A stretch of 27,923 nucleotides of DNA from IMG/VR virus record IMGVR_UViG_3300005805_000364, positions 1 through 27,923 of that record. The stretch is one strand, 5' to 3'. A program made the position numbers and the translations under genes. Under the pieces are notes generated by a model, which saw only the letters and a list, made by a program, of their open reading frames with translations, made no database searches and was not told the origin of the DNA. Shown piece after piece: positions 24,755 through 27,923 of the stretch; position 1 is the stretch's first letter, and the number at the start of each line of letters is the position of its first letter. The DNA comes from a virus (lineage: Duplodnaviria > Caudoviricetes).

Positions 24755-26188
24755 TCATGCAGCGTATGGATTGCCGCGGGTACGCATGTTGTAGATTTCG
24801 GCATCGGTGATGTCCTCCTGCTCGATGTCTTCCCGCGGTGGTGCGTCAATGTTCAGCCAGCCGCCATCACGCAGATACCGCAGGGCCTGGCTCATGCAGT
24901 CCACATACTCGTCATGCACGGTGCCCTCAGGAAATGAGCAGATCTCCGAGATCATGCCTTCAGCCCAGTCCCTCACAAACCCCTTGCGCTGGCTTGACTC
25001 AGGCACCCACACCCTGCCGGCCTTGATGATGTTTGCCACGATTGACAGGCGCTGCACCTTGTCTGCCCGGCCAGGGTTGTAGGCATGCACCGGCAGGTGG
25101 GCTCTCTGCAAGTCCTGGATCAGGCTGATGCCGGCGCTCTTGTCCTCCACCAGCACCAGATCCACCAGCTTGCGCTCCTTGCCCTCGCCGTAGACCGTAT
25201 CAAACTCCTGGATCACCTTGGGGCGCAAATCCGGGTACTGCATGTGCGCCTTCCAGCAGTCCAGCACCATGACAGACATGCCGCCGTCCTGGGGCTTAAA
25301 CACACCGAACGTGATGCTGCCCGTCGGATCGTTATGAGTTTTATCACTAGTCGCGCAGTCGTAGGACTGGACGATGTACTCGAGCTTGGGGAACTGCCGG
25401 CCATCGGGCCAGAGCCTGAACCAGTCCCTCTTAACGATGCCGCCCTCCTCGGGGTCGATGATCTCAGCGTGGATCTCCTGCCGGCCAAGATTCGTGCCTT
25501 CGTACTGCAGGATCTGCTTCTGAAACGATTTGGCCAGGTTGTTGATGTTGCTGTATGTGCTGGCCCTGGTGATCACCACATCGTCGCCTTCGCGCTCAAT
25601 CAACTCCATCACCACATCCTTAGGCTTGGGCGTGGTGGAGCAGATCAGCTTGGTGCGCTGGCCTAGACGGATGCCGAACTGAATCATGTCCCAGGAGTCG
25701 CGCAGGTACTCCCAGGCGGCTAACTCGTCCAGCCAGCCCCCATGGAACTGAGGTCCGCGGAAACGCTCGGGCTCCGACGCCGGGATGCCCTTGATGAATG
25801 AACCATTGATCAGCTTGAGTTCGTGCAGGCTCTTGTTGTAGTCTGCGATTAGCATGCTGGGGATGACTGAGAGCAAGCCAGAATCGCCCTCAAAGCACGT
25901 TCCCTTCAAGTCCCCACTAGTAGGCGCAGAGACCAGCCAGCGGGTCTTAGGCTCTTCCCAGGCCCATTGCGCCAGGGTCTCAGCCGCCGCCCTGGTCTTG
26001 CCGGCACCGCGGCCAGCCAGCATCAACCAGATGTTCCACCAGTCGCCAGGCGGCTCAATCTGATGCTTGTGCGCCTGCTGATACCACTTGGCCTGCCAGT
26101 TAAACACCACCTGAGACAGCACATCCATCTTGGTGAATTCCTTCACCAGGACTTCCTCGTCCTTCAGGATCTGGTCTACTGCACCCAT
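24755..26188 (-). CDS. terL: Terminase large subunit, 477 aa
   Basis: Walker A LAGRGAGKT, Walker B GGWLDE, motif III STTP, and an RNase H-like nuclease (SYDCA...D, VEDKSAG, HDEYVDCMSQAL). Confidence 0.95.
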   Translation of the reverse strand: MGAVDQILKDEEVLVKEFTKMDVLSQVVFNWQAKWYQQAHKHQIEPPGDWWNIWLMLAGRGAGKTRAAAETLAQWAWEEPKTRWLVSAPTSGDLKGTCFEGDSGLLSVIPSMLIADYNKSLHELKLINGSFIKGIPASEPERFRGPQFHGGWLDELAAWEYLRDSWDMIQFGIRLGQRTKLICSTTPKPKDVVMELIEREGDDVVITRASTYSNINNLAKSFQKQILQYEGTNLGRQEIHAEIIDPEEGGIVKRDWFRLWPDGRQFPKLEYIVQSYDCATSDKTHNDPTGSITFGVFKPQDGGMSVMVLDCWKAHMQYPDLRPKVIQEFDTVYGEGKERKLVDLVLVEDKSAGISLIQDLQRAHLPVHAYNPGRADKVQRLSIVANIIKAGRVWVPESSQRKGFVRDWAEGMISEICSFPEGTVHDEYVDCMSQALRYLRDGGWLNIDAPPREDIEQEDITDAEIYNMRTRGNPYAA

Positions 26189-26205
26189 ACTAATCTGATT
26201 AGTAT
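26187..26205. promoter_or_regulatory. Perfect 19-bp palindrome ATACTAATC-T-GATTAGTAT filling the terS-terL gap
   Basis: Spans from the terS stop codon into the terL ATG. There is no SD sequence in the gap. Confidence 0.8.
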
Positions 26206-26579
26206 CAGAGTTCGGACTGGCGCTGCATCTTCATGTTCTTCAGGAGTTCCCCAAAGACATTGACATGCACATCCATCTCGAGCGGGTTCTCCTTGTCCCC
26301 AGCCACCTCCATCCGGGCCAGCTTGGGTACGTGGTACTCCACCACCGACTGGAACATGTCGAATGCCTTCGCCGGGTTCGGAGGCACCACATACTTCTCG
26401 ACGATCTCGCCGTCCTCAGTCTGCTCCTGAACCTTCACCCCTGCTGCCACCTGATCAAGCCACTCAGTGAGCCTGTGGGCGTTTCCATCAACGAATGCGG
26501 CTATGGCCTGCCGAGCCTCTTGCGTGGCCTTGTTGGGCGTTCCAGGGGCCCTGCCGCCTGTCTTCCTTCCTTCAGCCAT
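26205..26579 (-). CDS. terS: Terminase small subunit, 124 aa
   Basis: GRKTGGRAPGTPNKAT N-terminus and EYHVPKLARMEVAG...PL C-terminus. Directly upstream of terL. SD GAAGGAG supports the ATG at 26579. Confidence 0.8.
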   Translation of the reverse strand: MAEGRKTGGRAPGTPNKATQEARQAIAAFVDGNAHRLTEWLDQVAAGVKVQEQTEDGEIVEKYVVPPNPAKAFDMFQSVVEYHVPKLARMEVAGDKENPLEMDVHVNVFGELLKNMKMQRQSEL

Positions 26580-26730
26580 GACAACTCCTTCCAAATCCGT
26601 CTACTTTAGACTTTGAGGTAGTTATCAGTTGAATAACGAAGCACACTTGTTGTGGTCTGTACGACATATCTCAGTCCTTTCTCGCGCAGTCCTTTCAGCG
26701 CTCTATGGGGACTAAGTGTACTCCTGGTGT

Positions 26731-26943
26731 TTATGGATTGGGAATTCCTTTTATCTCTTGGTATTTGGACATAAGGATTTCTGCCATCTCCAGGTACTTT
26801 TCCGGCGCGATGTTTTCGGGATCATGGCCGTCACGCAGGACGATCACCCCTATCCCGTTTTTCAGGGAATCGAGGTGGGCATCGATGTACCACTGGGGTG
26901 CATCTGGCTCTTTACTCTTCTTTTGCTTGTGTGTGGGGTTCAT
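26731..26943 (-). CDS. Hypothetical protein, 70 aa
   Basis: SD AGGA upstream. Same strand and packing as its neighbours. Confidence 0.55.
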   Translation of the reverse strand: MNPTHKQKKSKEPDAPQWYIDAHLDSLKNGIGVIVLRDGHDPENIAPEKYLEMAEILMSKYQEIKGIPNP

Positions 26944-27100
26944 TTGATTTCCTATATGGCAGGCTCGGGCCCATGGATTCCATCCAGCACAGTTGACACC
27001 AAACCCCTTCGTGGCCGGGGATCGTGCTGGTGATGGCGTATTCGTGCTCTCCGTGCTTTGGGCAGATCACGGTCAAATTACTAATTGAATTAGTAGTCAT
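26912..27100 (-). CDS. Small putative Zn-finger protein, 62 aa
   Basis: Start moved to the ATG at 27100 (ATGA overlap, SD GAGGGAG). CPKHG...WCQLC motif. Confidence 0.65.
   Translation of the reverse strand: MTTNSISNLTVICPKHGEHEYAITSTIPGHEGVWCQLCWMESMGPSLPYRKSNEPHTQAKEE
27079..27095. promoter_or_regulatory. Palindrome TACTAATT-G-AATTAGTA (copy of the recurring site)
   Basis: Begins 5 nt inside the start of the 62-aa gene, encoding TNSIS. Confidence 0.7.
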
Positions 27101-27336
27101 TGCTCCCTCGCTTTCAGCATGGCATCGGCCACTGCCCACGCCGACTCTTCGATCCAGGACTGTCCTGCTTTGAGAATCTGCTCTTGCAGCTTTGGGTTTG
27201 CCAACATTCCCTGCATCGCCTTGGCCGCGAAGTAATCTCGCAGCGTCATGCCTTGCGGCTCGCTCTCAAAAGTTTCCCCATCAGCGTTAACGTAGCTTTG
27301 AACGGGAAACGCTGGCCCACCTGTGTCTTTACTCAT
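27097..27336 (-). CDS. Conserved small phage protein (GGPAFP...GMTLRDYFAAKAMQ family), 79 aa
   Basis: Characteristic motifs GGPAFP, GMTLRDYFAAKAMQG and AWAVADAMLKAR. SD GAGGAG. Confidence 0.85.
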   Translation of the reverse strand: MSKDTGGPAFPVQSYVNADGETFESEPQGMTLRDYFAAKAMQGMLANPKLQEQILKAGQSWIEESAWAVADAMLKAREQ

Positions 27337-27589
27337 GCTCGCTCCTCAGGATTCTGTGCTCGGCAAACTTCCTGTATGCCTTCAGATTCTTGTTCTCTTC
27401 TTTCAGGCGCTCGACTTCGCCCGTCAAATGCCTTAGCCGGCTGCTGGCCTGCTCAATCCAGTCTTTGACCTCCTGGGGCATCATGTACATGGGCTCCTGC
27501 ACTGGTGCCTTCTTAGCTGGTGCCTTCTTAGCTGGCACTTTCTTGGCCGGCACCTTACTTGTTTTCTTGGCCGCGGTCTTTGTTGCCAT
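27329..27589 (-). CDS. Protein with histone H1-like PAKK repeats and a coiled coil, 86 aa
   Basis: AAKKTSKVPAKKVPAKKAPAKKAP, then LTGEVERLKEENKNLKAY. SD AGGAG. Confidence 0.75.
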   Translation of the reverse strand: MATKTAAKKTSKVPAKKVPAKKAPAKKAPVQEPMYMMPQEVKDWIEQASSRLRHLTGEVERLKEENKNLKAYRKFAEHRILRSEHE

Positions 27590-27740
27590 GTTTCATCTCC
27601 TGTTCTTTCGTGATTTCGTCAATTACAAATCGTTCTCTGATCTGCTTGCACTCATTGAATCGGTGCAGCCACCTACTGTCTCCTGTATCTCTGTACTTCT
27701 GCCTCAAATCGTTCATTCTTTCGTCCAAATATGCTTTCAT
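27555..27740 (-). CDS. Hypothetical protein, 61 aa
   Basis: ATG at 27740 in an ATGA overlap with the upstream ORF: MKAYLDERMNDLRQKYRDTGD... Confidence 0.55.
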   Translation of the reverse strand: MKAYLDERMNDLRQKYRDTGDSRWLHRFNECKQIRERFVIDEITKEQEMKHGNKDRGQENK

Positions 27741-27886
27741 GATTCTTTCTTTCGTGCTGGGCAACTTCTGCCCTGGTCGCAATCGTAATTGCAAGTCTCA
27801 CAAGGACTAAAAATTGCATGAAATGCCCACCAGATGACGGCTGCGTAGCCGCCAAAGAACATGATGTAGTCCCAGCATGTGATCAT
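27737..27886 (-). CDS. Small membrane-anchored Cys-rich protein, 49 aa (not in the ORF track)
   Basis: Manual translation: MITCWDYIMFFGGYAAVIWWAFHAIFSPCETCNYDCDQGRSCPARKKES. SD AAGGGG. One hydrophobic helix and a C-x3-C-x-QGR-x-CPAR motif. Confidence 0.65.
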   Translation of the reverse strand: MITCWDYIMFFGGYAAVIWWAFHAIFSPCETCNYDCDQGRSCPARKKES

Positions 27887-27923
27887 GTCTTCCCCTTTAT
27901 CTTGTCCCAGTGTTCGCCATAGA

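Noticed and set aside
24755-26188. Intein or intron in terL, or terL as a transposon bounded by inverted repeats
   Set aside because: The length and motif spacing are normal. There is no transposase or target-site duplication, and the flanking palindromes also occur elsewhere.
306-27810. The remaining plus-strand ORFs in the track (e.g. 4368-5204, 8565-9203, 14213-14806, 18848-19459, 25085-25666)
   Set aside because: All lie antisense to well-supported genes and show no recognisable motifs.
27883-27923. 3' end of a further upstream minus-strand gene (...YGEHWDKIKGKT-stop, ATGA overlap)
   Set aside because: Only about 12 codons are visible, too little to support a call.

Overview
The window is the virion morphogenesis region of a tailed dsDNA phage (podovirus-like gene order). 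Every credible gene is on the minus strand, and many are joined by ATGA/TAATG overlaps. In transcription order (right to left): several small ORFs, TerS, TerL, two large putative internal/ejected proteins, portal, a GroES-like co-chaperonin, scaffold, capsid-associated proteins, major capsid protein, a basic G-G-motif protein, small structural and neck proteins, a 967-aa appendage protein with about 680 aa of Gly-X-Ser repeats, three glycosyltransferase genes (GT2+methyltransferase, GT2+GT9 N-lobe, GT9 C-lobe), a tail fibre with an S74 chaperone, and two small genes. The three most notable observations are: (1) a candidate phage-encoded virion glycosylation module beside its likely Ser-rich substrate; (2) a 17-bp palindrome TACTAA-N5-TTAGTA present five times, four of them clustered around the terminase genes; (3) a short [YFMK]-[AK]-x-G-G-x-[VI] motif shared by at least six otherwise unrelated virion-module proteins, a possible cargo-targeting or processing signal. 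All family calls come from motif recognition by eye; no database searches were run.
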